Assembly: GCA_035532275.1 (NCBI GenBank)
Contig: DATKRG010000203.1
Coordinates: forward strand, 69-64,068
Reading direction: 5' to 3'
Source of the DNA: Streptosporangiaceae bacterium
GTDB taxonomy: Bacteria; Actinomycetota; Actinomycetes; Streptosporangiales; Streptosporangiaceae
DNA length: 64,000 bases
Shown: positions 45,932 through 56,199 of the stretch, in pieces
How the letters are laid out: every line of letters starts with the position of its first letter
Position numbering within the stretch: the first letter of the stretch is position 1
The notes under the pieces: generated by a model
The model's database searches: none
Told to the model about the DNA's origin: nothing
What the model saw: the letters and a program-made list of their open reading frames with translations, nothing else
Program-made: the position numbers and the translations under genes

Positions 45932-45964
45932 GGGCCGGTGACAGGCGGATGCTGTCACCGGCCC
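45932..45964 (-). terminator. Perfect 13-bp stem / 7-nt loop hairpin 5 nt after the XRE-cupin stop
   Basis: gggccggtgacag gcggatg ctgtcaccggccc (checked by hand). Confidence 0.5.
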
Positions 45965-45969
45965 GGAGC

Positions 45970-46836
45970 CTAGATGAGTCCGGGCAGGTGATTGGAGTCA
46001 GGGTCGACCGGTGTGGTGAGCCGCGTGTCGCCCTTGCGCGCCACGACCAGCCAGATCGCCACGCATGATTCTCTGTACGGATTGACGAGGCGGTGAGGTG
46101 TCGTGGCGTCGAAATGCAGAGAATCCCCAGGGCCGAGTTTGTAAATATCGAATCCGACCTGGACATCGATGTGGCCGCTGATAATGTGCGCATACTCTCG
46201 GCCGCCGTGCCGCATCAGTCTATCTTCCGGGCAGGAGGAGCTGCCCGGCGAATAGGTGACATGAAGAAAATCAACAAACGGATCATCTTCGTGAGTCAGG
46301 CGCTGCCAGGTGACACCGGACAAATGAATAGTCGGCCGTCCCGCCACCCTCTGCAAAGGGTGGCTGACACGTGGCCAAGTCTTCCGTATGGACGGTTCCC
46401 ACAGAACGTCGAGGCTTAGGGTCTCCTCAGGGGCAGCGACAGTGTCCCAGCCGGCGGTCGCGTCCGCTGAGTCCTTGATGGCTAGGTCACCGGAGTCGGG
46501 GCTCATGACCTCGTCAAGCGAGAGACCGAGTTCGTTGACAAGGGAATACAGCGTCCCGACGGAAGGACTGGCTTTGCCGGTCTCCACCTGAGAGACGAAG
46601 CTCGGAGACACGCCGATGTTGCGCGCAACCTCCCGAAGAGATACCCCCCGGGCCATGCGCGCCTTGCGCAGGCGTGACCCAACCTGATCCAGGCTCTGCT
46701 GGAGCTCGGCGTCATTTAGGCGAGTAGCGTCGCCAAGTTTGCCGTGGCTGATGGGTCTGCCCTTATGGGTGTCCGACTCCCCGTAACTAACACTTCCCGC
46801 ACCAGATCGCGCCATGTTCTGGGATCCTCCGTCCAT
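45970..46836 (-). CDS. XRE-family transcriptional regulator with C-terminal cupin domain
   Basis: LRKARMARGVSLREVARNIGVSPSFVSQVETGKASPSVGTLYSLVNELG (HTH). The cupin part is ...GREYAHIISGHIDVQVG...GDSLHFDATTPHR. The start may be ATG 46815. Confidence 0.85.
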   Translation of the reverse strand: MDGGSQNMARSGAGSVSYGESDTHKGRPISHGKLGDATRLNDAELQQSLDQVGSRLRKARMARGVSLREVARNIGVSPSFVSQVETGKASPSVGTLYSLVNELGLSLDEVMSPDSGDLAIKDSADATAGWDTVAAPEETLSLDVLWEPSIRKTWPRVSHPLQRVAGRPTIHLSGVTWQRLTHEDDPFVDFLHVTYSPGSSSCPEDRLMRHGGREYAHIISGHIDVQVGFDIYKLGPGDSLHFDATTPHRLVNPYRESCVAIWLVVARKGDTRLTTPVDPDSNHLPGLI

Positions 46837-46872
46837 TATGCCATCGCTACAATCTCGGTGCGTTCAAATCGG

Positions 46873-46928
46873 CCGGCTGGTGGGCCCAGGCGCGCCGGCT
46901 GGTGGGCCCAGGCGCGCCGACTGGCCCG
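46873..46928. repeat. 22-bp tandem direct repeat (2 perfect copies + degenerate third) upstream of the XRE-cupin gene
   Basis: ccggctggtgggcccaggcgcg at 46873-46894 and again at 46895-46916, followed by ccgactggcccg. Confidence 0.8.
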
Positions 46929-47713
46929 ACATTGGGCGTGAACTAGTACCGAACAGCAGAGCGTCAAGTCACAGCATACGTGACCGCGACGCTACGGCCT
47001 AATGCGGGCTCGTCTCCGTCCCGCTGCCGCTACGCCTGCAGTGAAGGCCGTCTCCGTGGGTCTGGTGCCTGTCAGCCTTCAACGCTAAGCCGCCCGGCGC
47101 GTTCCACCCCTGGATGCCGACCCCTGTACTGGGCATAGGCTCAGCAGGATCAGGCTCGCCTGGCTCTGCGGCAGGTGCGTGCGAGTGCCCGATCCAGTGC
47201 CTGACCGGCTGGCTCAGGCACCGCGAGCGGAAGGCGTGCCGCCCCCCTAGAGCAAGGGCCTGCCGTCAGCGTGTGCCCATGGGTTGGGTCGTGTGTTAAT
47301 CGTTACTTGACACAGCATCTGAGGTACGCCAGGCTGTTAACCAGGCCGACACCCCGGCTACTGGAGCACCGCGGCGCTGACTCGAAGGCGAGGTCGGTGA
47401 ATGCGAGCCGCAATAGCACGACGTGACCACTCAGTGGTGCTGGATCACACCTCGATCTTGGCTCGCTGTGCGATGGAGATGTCCTGGCAGACAGCCATGG
47501 ACGCCAACCGCTGGCCGACCGCGTCATGCCATCAGCCGATCTGCCAGCCGCTGTGTCTTGCGCATAAAGGGCGCTGTCACATGAACGTGCGCGGCAGCCC
47601 CTCGGCCGACTGACCCGCATACAAAAGCAGGCCTATTTCATTCGCCGTACCTACTTGTACACGTCAAGGCTCAGCGGCAGCTCACTGCCTACGCCGCAAC
47701 CCATCACGAAACT

Positions 47714-49012
47714 ATGGAGGTGCAAGTGATCAACCATCGCTTCCGCGCGCGCGCGAAAAGACGCTTTTATATTATACCGATCATCGGCCTGCTGGCGGCA
47801 CCGCTTGTCACGGCCGCATGCGCGGTGTCGCCGGGAGGTGCGTCCGCTGGCGGTTCCTCATCGTGCGACGTCCCCTACAATGCCGCAGTCCTCAACCCTC
47901 GCCCGATTCCTGCGAGTCTTGATCCGGCTACCGCTCAGCCGCCAATCAACACGATGACTATCCGGGCGTCCGATCTGGGTGGCCCGCCAGGAATCAAGCC
48001 GGCCTGGGTGAGCACATACAGGCTAACCCCAAGCGAAGTAAAGAGAATTTGCGCCAAGCATCTCACGGCGGCATTCCTGGACTGGAGCGGCGTGCCGTAC
48101 AACCTGGCGATCGAGTCTGCGGTGAAGCGTGTCTTCGGTGCCCTGGGAATCAAGCTGCTTCGGATCACCAACTACAACTTCAATCCCACCGCAAGTCTTG
48201 CTGGCGATCTGGCTTCGGTCATGACGCTGAACCCAAACATTATTCTCACCGGTGGGACAGTCAGCCCCGAGCAGCTAGCCTCGATCATGGAACCAGCCGT
48301 TAAGAAGCACATCATTATCGCGACCGTATCGCTCGGTGCCACCGGCTGGGGCATAGGGCTGGGGAAGCCTATGGTTGCTCTCATTACCTACGATTTCAAG
48401 TATCTCGGGATCCAGTTGGCTGACGCGGTTCACAAGGCGTACCCGAATGGCGCCACCCTTGGATACATCCACTGGATCACCGACTCGCGCGCGATTCACC
48501 TGCGTGAAACGGGCTTCCTTGACGAGCTGAAGAAGTATCCCAACATCCACGTGATAGCAAATGGCGGCCCAGCCAACGCTCTGTCACCTAATTCAGGGTT
48601 CAGCGACCCGACCGCCGGTTCCTCCGAGGCATATGCCGTCGCGTTCCTGAAAGCGCACCCGACCGTGAACCTGCTGTTCGCGCCGTGGGAAGACCCGCCG
48701 GGAGTGGGCGAGATAGCGGCGATCAAGAGTCTCCACCTGCAGAATAAGGTGGGCCTGGTCACGATGGACCTCGGGGAGGCCGGCGCACAATCGCTCTCGC
48801 ATGGCGGTGTCATCAAGATCGAGGCCGATAGCTCCTCGTACGACTACGGCGTCGGTATGGCGATCGCCTCTGCAGCAGCTTCTATTGGCGTCCGGGTACC
48901 ACCACTGGGAATAGTCAACACATGGGTGGTCACTCCCTCGAATGTCTTGGCTTCCTGGAACTATGGTCACGGTCCTGACGTCAAGTGCGCACCGGCCGAC
49001 TGCGGTGGATGA
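47714..49012 (+). CDS. ABC transporter substrate-binding lipoprotein (sugar/PBP type I-like)
   Basis: Signal/lipobox ...LLAAPLVTAACAVS. PBP-like fold. First gene of the transporter set. Confidence 0.75.
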   Translation: MEVQVINHRFRARAKRRFYIIPIIGLLAAPLVTAACAVSPGGASAGGSSSCDVPYNAAVLNPRPIPASLDPATAQPPINTMTIRASDLGGPPGIKPAWVSTYRLTPSEVKRICAKHLTAAFLDWSGVPYNLAIESAVKRVFGALGIKLLRITNYNFNPTASLAGDLASVMTLNPNIILTGGTVSPEQLASIMEPAVKKHIIIATVSLGATGWGIGLGKPMVALITYDFKYLGIQLADAVHKAYPNGATLGYIHWITDSRAIHLRETGFLDELKKYPNIHVIANGGPANALSPNSGFSDPTAGSSEAYAVAFLKAHPTVNLLFAPWEDPPGVGEIAAIKSLHLQNKVGLVTMDLGEAGAQSLSHGGVIKIEADSSSYDYGVGMAIASAAASIGVRVPPLGIVNTWVVTPSNVLASWNYGHGPDVKCAPADCGG

Positions 49013-49254
49013 AACAGATGCCGAAGCACAGGCCGTCGGCGTAGTGACAGCGATCGGGGCATGGAAATGGTGGAGTGGGCTGAAATCAGCCAATGCGACG
49101 CGTCCGCTATGCATGCTCCGTCCCGCGAGACACCGATAGCAGAAGAGTGGGGCGGCCGTCCGCGCAGGCGGACGGCCGCCGCTCCGCAGTACCCACCGAT
49201 CCAGGTCGTAACCATATCGGCCAGCACAGGCCGAAGTTAAATGTGAGGGAGCCA

Positions 49255-50820
49255 ATGAATGAGACGTCACGCTCTGCCTTCGCGCTGGAGCTAGCACATG
49301 TGAGTATGCGATTTGGCTCCAACTGGGTACTCAAGGATGTGGACTTCTCCGTAGAACGAGGCATGATCAGTGGTCTTGTCGGCCATAACGGAGCGGGCAA
49401 ATCGACACTGATGAAACTGGCTCTGGGAGTTTACCCTCCGACTGAAGGGTACGTCCGAATTGACGGCACAAGCCTTACGGCAGCGCGGCCGTCTGCGGCA
49501 CGGGAACTGGGCCTCGGCATGGTGATGCAGGAACGCAGCCTTATTCGGACGCTGACGGGCCTCGATAATCTCTACCTGGGTGCGGAGCGTGTTAGTCGGC
49601 TTGGCCTGCTGCGCCGTCGTGCGGAGGTGGCCAGCGTGCACGAGCTGTGCGAACGCCTGGGTATCTCGAACTCCTTGCTGCGGCGCAAGGTCGCCGACAT
49701 GAGCGCGATCGAGCAGGAGATGATCGAGATTGCCAAGGCCATGCGGCAGGGCCATACCGTTCTGATCCTGGATGAGCCGACGGCACCGCTGGGCCGGCAC
49801 GAAATCGACACCCTCTTCCGTATGCTCCGAAGCGTTGCGGCGCACGGTACCGGAATAGTGCTCATCACCCACCACCTGACCGAGGTGTTCGCCGTCTGCG
49901 ACGAGGTGTCGTGCCTTCGCGAGGGGTCGATAGCCTTGTCGGCTCCCACCGGGGCGGTCAGCATGGACGGCCTGATCGGTGCAATGCTGGGCAGCCAGTC
50001 AGCGGCTGTCAAGGCTACGGGCAACGGGGGCGGCCTCAAGGGCGACGGTGGGCCACCGCGGGCGGCGAACGCGGGATTGGAACTGCGGCGAATATGTACG
50101 GCCAACAAACTGTCCGACGTGTCCTTTGCTTTGTCCCCGGGCGAGATACTTGGCATAGCTGGCCTGGCCGGAAGCGGGCGGTCGACACTCCTGCGGGTGG
50201 TCTTCGGCGAGCTTCGGCCGCAGGCGGGCGAGATGTTGCTGAACGGGCAGCCCTATCGTCCGCGGGCGCCTGTTACAGCCATAGCTGACGGTGCGTACCT
50301 AATCCCGGAGGATCGGCGGCGAGATGGGCTAATACTTTCCAAACCCATCATAGAGAACGTAGCCCTTTCGATTCTGAAACAATTCGCAAGGCGCGTCTTC
50401 TTGCGTATCTCCCGGGCGCGGTCCCTAACTCGGGAAATGATGGAGCGCCTCGATATTCGCGCACAGAACTATGCGCAAGTAGTGGACGAGCTGTCGGGCG
50501 GGAATCAGCAGAAGGTCGTACTGGCAAAGGCGCTTGCGTCACAGCCGCAGTTGCTGCTCCTTGACGAGCCGACGTTTGGTGTCGATGTTGGGGCAGCGAA
50601 GGAACTGCTCCGCTACCTGCGCGCGGAGGCCCGGTCGGGGAAGATGCTGCTTCTGGTGAGTTCTGACCTTCAGGAGCTGATCGATCTCTCCGACCGGATC
50701 ATCGTCCTGGTGGGCGGCAAGATTACAACAGAGGTGGATCGCAGGAGCGCTGACTTCAACGAGGCAGGGCTGCTCCGTGCTATGCAGCCGAAATCGAGTG
50801 AGGCGGGGAGCCAGATATGA
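49255..50820 (+). CDS. Sugar-type ABC transporter ATP-binding protein (duplicated ATPase)
   Basis: ATG 49255 lies within ORF 49093-50820. Walker A GHNGAGKST and GLAGSGRST, signature LSGGNQQK, Walker B LLLLDEPT. Confidence 0.9.
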   Translation: MNETSRSAFALELAHVSMRFGSNWVLKDVDFSVERGMISGLVGHNGAGKSTLMKLALGVYPPTEGYVRIDGTSLTAARPSAARELGLGMVMQERSLIRTLTGLDNLYLGAERVSRLGLLRRRAEVASVHELCERLGISNSLLRRKVADMSAIEQEMIEIAKAMRQGHTVLILDEPTAPLGRHEIDTLFRMLRSVAAHGTGIVLITHHLTEVFAVCDEVSCLREGSIALSAPTGAVSMDGLIGAMLGSQSAAVKATGNGGGLKGDGGPPRAANAGLELRRICTANKLSDVSFALSPGEILGIAGLAGSGRSTLLRVVFGELRPQAGEMLLNGQPYRPRAPVTAIADGAYLIPEDRRRDGLILSKPIIENVALSILKQFARRVFLRISRARSLTREMMERLDIRAQNYAQVVDELSGGNQQKVVLAKALASQPQLLLLDEPTFGVDVGAAKELLRYLRAEARSGKMLLLVSSDLQELIDLSDRIIVLVGGKITTEVDRRSADFNEAGLLRAMQPKSSEAGSQI

Positions 50821-51869
50821 AGATCGCGGCCGGGACAGGCGAAGAGCAGGCCGACTTGACGGCTGCGCCTGGGTGGTCCGGCATATCGGTATCACGTGAG
50901 CATCTTGCCAACCGGGCCAGGGCCATTACCGCAGATGCCATCAGGGGCGAAAACTCAGGGCTCCTGATGCTGATAATGGCACTTATTGTTGCCATATTCG
51001 CGATCGTCTTGCGTGAGACCTCGTTCCTTGGCGTCAGCAACATGGTGTCCATAGTGGGGACAACGACGTCGATCACTGTGATGGCAGTGGCTACGGTCTT
51101 CGTCCTCTGCTGCGGTGAGATCGATCTGTCGTTCGCTGCCGTCGTCGCCGTGTCTGGCTACATTGCGGCTCTGCTGATAGGTCACGGTATCGTCCTGGCC
51201 TCGGTCGCGGCGCTGCTGTTCGGCGCAGCAGTGGGGTGGATAAACGGGATGGTAACTATGAAGTTCCGCATTCCGTCCTTTGTGGTTACGCTCGGAAGCA
51301 TGGGCATCCTGCAGGGAGTGGCCGCCGGAATGACTGGAAGCGCAACGCTCACTGTTTCGGACCAGACCTTCCTGAACTTTTATGGTCAGGGAAATATCGG
51401 TCCCATCCCAATTCTAATGGCATGGTCGTTGGCGGCAGTAATCGTTGGCGGTGTGATACTTAACTATACGTCGGTCGGAAGGCACGTGCTGGCAACCGGC
51501 GCCAATGTCGACGCAGCACGTTATTCTGGGATCAGGACAGGGCGGGTCAAAGTTGGGGTGCTTACGGCGAGCGGGGTAGCCGGAGCGCTGGCAGGCTTGC
51601 TCTATGTCGGTCAGTACACTGCGGCGACATATTCGCTCGGCTCGACCGACCTGCTCACCGTACTGGCGGCAGTCATCATTGGCGGTACTGCGCTGACGGG
51701 TGGCAAGGGAAGTGTAGTGGGGGCGCTGATAGGATCGTTCCTTCTCGGCCTTTTGAATAATGCGCTTGTAATCATCGGCCTGGCAGCGCCAGGTGTGCTG
51801 ATCGCGCGTGGGGCAATCATCGTATTCGCAGTCATTCTGAGTTCCCGCGGCAGCCGGCGGCGACGCTAA
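50817..51869 (+). CDS. ABC transporter permease (RbsC/AraH-like)
   Basis: 350 aa, multiple hydrophobic segments. The start overlaps the ATPase stop. Confidence 0.9.
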   Translation: MKIAAGTGEEQADLTAAPGWSGISVSREHLANRARAITADAIRGENSGLLMLIMALIVAIFAIVLRETSFLGVSNMVSIVGTTTSITVMAVATVFVLCCGEIDLSFAAVVAVSGYIAALLIGHGIVLASVAALLFGAAVGWINGMVTMKFRIPSFVVTLGSMGILQGVAAGMTGSATLTVSDQTFLNFYGQGNIGPIPILMAWSLAAVIVGGVILNYTSVGRHVLATGANVDAARYSGIRTGRVKVGVLTASGVAGALAGLLYVGQYTAATYSLGSTDLLTVLAAVIIGGTALTGGKGSVVGALIGSFLLGLLNNALVIIGLAAPGVLIARGAIIVFAVILSSRGSRRRR

Positions 51870-51994
51870 GGGATTCTGGTATGAGGGCGGCCGAAGATGC
51901 ACTGGAGACAGCCGCAGTGGCACGGCACGTTGGCGGCAAGCTGGCTATGTAGTTGCGTACCGAGAAGGTCGGCACGCCGACTCGGAGGAGGCGA

Positions 51995-52762
51995 ATGATG
52001 AGCTCGACCAACGTGGTGGTTACCGGAGCGGCCGGGGGGATGGGGGCCGCGGCCGTATCGCTGTTGCTGGCGCGGTCAGTCAATGTGCTTGCCGTCGACC
52101 GCGACGAGGCGAGGCTCCGGGCACTGGCCAAGAAATGGCAGGCCGGCCCCGGAGAGGTGGAGACCCGGGTGGCTGATGTCGGCGATGCTAACGACGTGGA
52201 GGCATTCATCGGACGTGCCGTGGAGCGATGGGGAGGGCTGGATGGCCTGTTCAATATCGCAGGCATCCTAGGCGAGTTCGCATTTATCGCGGACTCCAGC
52301 AATGAAGGCTTCGACGAAGTAATCCGGGTCAATACAAAGAGCGTATGGCTGGGCATGAAGTATGCGCTGCCGCACCTCATCGCCAGAGGAGGTGGCGCGA
52401 TCGTGAGCACCGGCTCATACCTGGCCTGGCATGCATGCGAGCTGCTGGGGCCTTACAACGCATCGAAGCATGCGCTGGTCGGGCTCACCAAGACTGCAGC
52501 GCTGGAATATAGCTCGCACAACATACGTGTGAATCTGGTGTGCCCAGGGTCGATGGACACGCAGATGAACATCGATACGGCGGCCGGCCTTTATCCGGGC
52601 GATCCGGAGGCGGGGCTCCGGCAACTTGCCGCCAACACTGCCACCGGTCGCTTCGCTGACCCTGCCGAGGTGGCAGCGGTCGGCGTGTTCGCGCTGCTCG
52701 ATGCGCCGATGCAGATGACCGGCGCGCTCATCCCGGTAGACGGAGGTGCGTCGGCCAAGTGA
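51995..52762 (+). CDS. SDR family oxidoreductase
   Basis: ATG 51995 follows GGAGGAGG. VTGAAGGMGAA and YNASKHA motifs. Confidence 0.9.
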   Translation: MMSSTNVVVTGAAGGMGAAAVSLLLARSVNVLAVDRDEARLRALAKKWQAGPGEVETRVADVGDANDVEAFIGRAVERWGGLDGLFNIAGILGEFAFIADSSNEGFDEVIRVNTKSVWLGMKYALPHLIARGGGAIVSTGSYLAWHACELLGPYNASKHALVGLTKTAALEYSSHNIRVNLVCPGSMDTQMNIDTAAGLYPGDPEAGLRQLAANTATGRFADPAEVAAVGVFALLDAPMQMTGALIPVDGGASAK

Positions 52763-52833
52763 CCTCGCTAGGTGGGGCGTCCCACCGTGCGTCGGTCCGC
52801 CCGTGAGCGTCTGCAGCTGATTACCCAAGAGGA

Positions 52834-53733
52834 GTGATGTCAATGAGCGACGTACCACAGTTCTCGATCTGCCAGCTTGCCTTGCCCTTCACCAGCATGG
52901 AAGATGACCTGGAGATCTGCCGGGACCTGAATATCAAAGGCCTGGGGATCGACGAGAACAAGATGGAGCCCGGCGGCGATGAGCTGCTGATGGCGAAGTT
53001 GGCCAGCCTTGGCGTCCGCCCGTCAATCTGCACGCCGGCAGTACTGTCGTTGCTTCCCAGCCCGGCTATCCCCGGGCCAGCTGAACCCGAGCGCAGGCTT
53101 GGCGAGATCTGTGCCAGTATCCGGCGGCTGGCCGCGATCGGCGCCGATACCGTCTTCGTGCTTACCGGCCCGGTCGGGGATTACGACAAGGTGACTGCGC
53201 GAGAGATAGTCGTTGACGGCCTACGGATGGCGGCCGAAACCGCCAGAGCGGCCGGCGTGACCTTCGCAGTCGAGCCGATGAGCGAACGCGCCCTGGCCGA
53301 TCCTGCCGCCGAGCCTGAGATGGGCATCGTCCGCGAATGGTCATTCATCGGCTCTTTCAACGCGATGCTCACGCTCAGGGAAGAGGTCGGCGACGATCTG
53401 AAGATAATCTACGACGTCTGGCATCTGTGGGACTCGCCCGACGTGCTGCAGCTGACGCAGAAATACGCTCAATCAGTCGCTGGGGTCCAGATAAACGACT
53501 ACCGGCAACCCACCCGTCTCCAGCTGGACCGCCTCCTGCCAGGACAGGGCGTGATCCCCCTGCCGGAGCTTTTCGGTGCGCTGGAGAGGGGCGGCTATCG
53601 CGGGTGGTACGACCTCGAAGTGTTCTCCGATCTGTCGTTGCCAGATTCCATCTGGGCGCGGCCTGCCCGCGAATGGATCGAGGAGGGCAGGAGGGCTTTC
53701 CTCACCGCGTGGTCGGCGGCGGACCGCGGCTAG
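52834..53733 (+). CDS. Sugar phosphate isomerase/epimerase (xylose isomerase-like TIM barrel)
   Basis: 299 aa with the general pattern of the AP endonuclease 2/xylose isomerase-like family. The start is uncertain (GTG 52834, ATG 52837 or 52843 after GAGGAG). Confidence 0.7.
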   Translation: MMSMSDVPQFSICQLALPFTSMEDDLEICRDLNIKGLGIDENKMEPGGDELLMAKLASLGVRPSICTPAVLSLLPSPAIPGPAEPERRLGEICASIRRLAAIGADTVFVLTGPVGDYDKVTAREIVVDGLRMAAETARAAGVTFAVEPMSERALADPAAEPEMGIVREWSFIGSFNAMLTLREEVGDDLKIIYDVWHLWDSPDVLQLTQKYAQSVAGVQINDYRQPTRLQLDRLLPGQGVIPLPELFGALERGGYRGWYDLEVFSDLSLPDSIWARPAREWIEEGRRAFLTAWSAADRG

Positions 53734-53761
53734 CCTTCCAACGGAGAACAGGGCACGAGGA

Positions 53762-54829
53762 GTGAGATTGGTGAGCAGGACCGAACACGGTGCCGGAGTG
53801 GCCCATGGCCTGTGGTTCAGTGCGGCCCGGCAAGCTGAAATGCGGGAGGAGGCTCTGAGGGAGCCGGCCAATAGTGATGTGCTGGTCCGGGCAATTGTCT
53901 CCCTGGTCAGTGCTGGCACCGAGCTGCGGGTCTACCGGGGAGAGGTGTCCGGGCAGGATGACCTTGGCCTGGAGACCGCCGAGGGCACCTTCGAATTCCC
54001 GGTGAAGTATGCGTACCAGGTCGTCGGCGAGGTCATTCAGGCGGCCGACGGTGCGCGATTCAAGCCGGGTGACATCGTGTTCGCGCGCCACCCGCATCAG
54101 GACTATTTCACAATCAGAAGTGATAACCGGCTGCTCTCCGCGGTTCCCGCCGGGCTCACGCCGGAACGCGCCGTTTTCGTCAATCTGCTCGAAGTGGCGC
54201 TGAATAGTCAGCTCGATGTGCCAGTCCGTCATGGCGACTGCGTGGTCGTCTACGGCCAGGGCATAGTGGGGAGTCTGTGTGCTCAGCTCGCCAGCCGCAC
54301 AGCGGGCACCGTTATAGTCGTTGATCCGCTTGCCGTGCGCAGGCAGCAGGCGCTGGCAGGTGGGGCAACCGCGGCCTTCTCTCCGGACGAGGCAGCTGCC
54401 GGCATCGAGGACCTCACGAACGGCCGCGGCGCCGACATCTCGGTCGAGGCGAGCGGGGCGCCGAGCGCGCTCCAGGCGGCCATCACGGCGACCGGCCAGG
54501 AGGGCACGATTGTCGCGATTTCTTATTTCGGCATGCGCGCTGTCACACTCACGCTCGCTCCCGAGTTCCATTTCCGCCGTCAGCGGATAGTCAGTTCCCA
54601 GACCAGCAGCCTCGGTTCGGGTCTCCAGCCCCGCTGGTCGCTGGACCGGCGGATTGGGGTCGCCTTTAATCTCCTGCAGGCCGATTGGCTCCGCACCCCG
54701 GTATCGCACCGACTGCCGTTCGCGAACGCAGCCGAGGCTTACAGAATTCTCGACACCACGCCTGAGCTTGCTGCCGGGATCCTGCTGGCGTACTCGGATG
54801 GGAAGGATATCGATGGTGTGGCAAAGTAA
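53762..54829 (+). CDS. Medium-chain (Zn-type) dehydrogenase/reductase
   Basis: Within ORF 53576-54829. Candidate starts are GTG 53762, TTG 53768 and GTG 53771, after ACGAGGAG. ...VSAGTELRVYRGE...VVYGQGIVGSLCAQLA (Rossmann). Confidence 0.8.
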   Translation: MRLVSRTEHGAGVAHGLWFSAARQAEMREEALREPANSDVLVRAIVSLVSAGTELRVYRGEVSGQDDLGLETAEGTFEFPVKYAYQVVGEVIQAADGARFKPGDIVFARHPHQDYFTIRSDNRLLSAVPAGLTPERAVFVNLLEVALNSQLDVPVRHGDCVVVYGQGIVGSLCAQLASRTAGTVIVVDPLAVRRQQALAGGATAAFSPDEAAAGIEDLTNGRGADISVEASGAPSALQAAITATGQEGTIVAISYFGMRAVTLTLAPEFHFRRQRIVSSQTSSLGSGLQPRWSLDRRIGVAFNLLQADWLRTPVSHRLPFANAAEAYRILDTTPELAAGILLAYSDGKDIDGVAK

Positions 54830-56096
54830 TGTCGAACTGCTTGGCTACGCTGATCTCGAGGGCCGGTCAGGATTCAAGCTGGCACTTCAGGAGGTGGCCG
54901 GCCGGTTCTATCTGTATGTCGCCGCGCTGTGGGAGCCGGGCTGGAGCCTCCTTGATGTCACCGAACCGGCCAGTCCTCGATTCTTGCGCTGGCTAGATGG
55001 ACCACCGAATACGTGGACCATTCAGGTGCAGGTGGCCGATCGCATGATGATCACTGGCCTGGATGAGGTGCCTCCCGGCTGGTCTTCCTCGGTCGGCCAG
55101 GCGCCAGCCGCCTGCGGCTTCATGATCTGGGACGTGAGCGAGCCGGACCGGCCTGAGCTGGCGGGCCAGTGGTCCAGCGGAGCCGCAGGCACGCACCGGA
55201 ACTTCTACCACGGAGGGCGGTATGTTCATGTCACCACAGGGCTGCCCGGTTACGACGGGTACGTCTACGGCATTGTCGATATCGCGGATCCACGTTCACC
55301 CAGCCTGCAGGGCACATGGTGGTACCCGGGACAGTACCGGGCCGGGGGCGAGGAGTACTCCGAGGATGATCTGCGGCGGCTGACCACCGGCCGCCCCTAC
55401 CCAAGCGACGAGGAACCGCAGCACAGCCTGTCTCTGCACGGCGGTGCCTACGTCCTGGGCAACCGTGCCTACTGCCCGTGGATGAGAGGGGGCCTGGTCA
55501 TCCTTGACACCAGTAACCCGGCCTTGCCGGAGTTCATCTCATCACTGCCGGTCTACCCACCGCTTGGCAGCACCATTGCCGTGCATTCGGCGGTCCCACT
55601 GCCCGGCCGGAACCTGGTAGTCATCAACAGCGAGGCACTGCGGGAAGACTGCGACGAGCCGACCGGGTTTGCCGGCATCGTCGACGTCAGCAACGAGAAG
55701 GATCCGGTTCTGCTCTCGCTCTTCCCGCAGCCGCGCCCGCCCAGGGAGTCCGGCATCTCAGGTTTTTGCGCCAAGGGTGGCCGATTCGGCCCTCACAACC
55801 AGCATCAAAACCAGGGTCTCAGCTGTCTCGCGCCGAATGGGGATCTGGTCTACATGACCTATTTCAACGCCGGGCTCCAGATCTTCGATGTCCGCAATCC
55901 CCGTGACCCGCACATAGTGGGCTACTGCATCCCGGACGATCCGCCGACCCGCCGTGGACCACTTCCAAGGACCCTTGTCCACCAAGCCGAGGACGTCCTC
56001 GTCGACCGGCGGGGGTTCATATATATGTCGGAGAAGAACAGTGGTGTCTATATCATGAAATTCGATGACAGGCCCGCTATCGACCGGCCATCGTGA
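54813..56096 (+). CDS. LVIVD-repeat-like beta-propeller protein
   Basis: ATG 54813 (MVWQSNVELLGYADLEG...) overlaps the upstream gene by 17 nt. Repeated segments such as GLVILDTSNPALPEF, GIVDIADPRSP, LQIFDVRNPRDPH and FMIWDVSEPDRPEL. Confidence 0.6.
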   Translation: MVWQSNVELLGYADLEGRSGFKLALQEVAGRFYLYVAALWEPGWSLLDVTEPASPRFLRWLDGPPNTWTIQVQVADRMMITGLDEVPPGWSSSVGQAPAACGFMIWDVSEPDRPELAGQWSSGAAGTHRNFYHGGRYVHVTTGLPGYDGYVYGIVDIADPRSPSLQGTWWYPGQYRAGGEEYSEDDLRRLTTGRPYPSDEEPQHSLSLHGGAYVLGNRAYCPWMRGGLVILDTSNPALPEFISSLPVYPPLGSTIAVHSAVPLPGRNLVVINSEALREDCDEPTGFAGIVDVSNEKDPVLLSLFPQPRPPRESGISGFCAKGGRFGPHNQHQNQGLSCLAPNGDLVYMTYFNAGLQIFDVRNPRDPHIVGYCIPDDPPTRRGPLPRTLVHQAEDVLVDRRGFIYMSEKNSGVYIMKFDDRPAIDRPS

Positions 56097-56199
56097 CATC
56101 CTGGCCAAGAAGCTTTTCCCGGTGCGCGCCAGAGCCGTATTCAGGCCAGTCGCCAGAGGTTCCCGGCACCCACGCAGGTGCTAAGCAACTAGAAAAGGG

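Noticed and set aside
46837-47713. Possible gene or riboswitch in the 880-bp gap between the XRE-cupin gene and the ABC binding-protein gene
   Set aside because: The ORFs there (47114-47299, 47303-47620, 47401-47613) have no convincing composition or motifs. I could not recognise any riboswitch consensus by eye. It remains unexplained rather than annotated.
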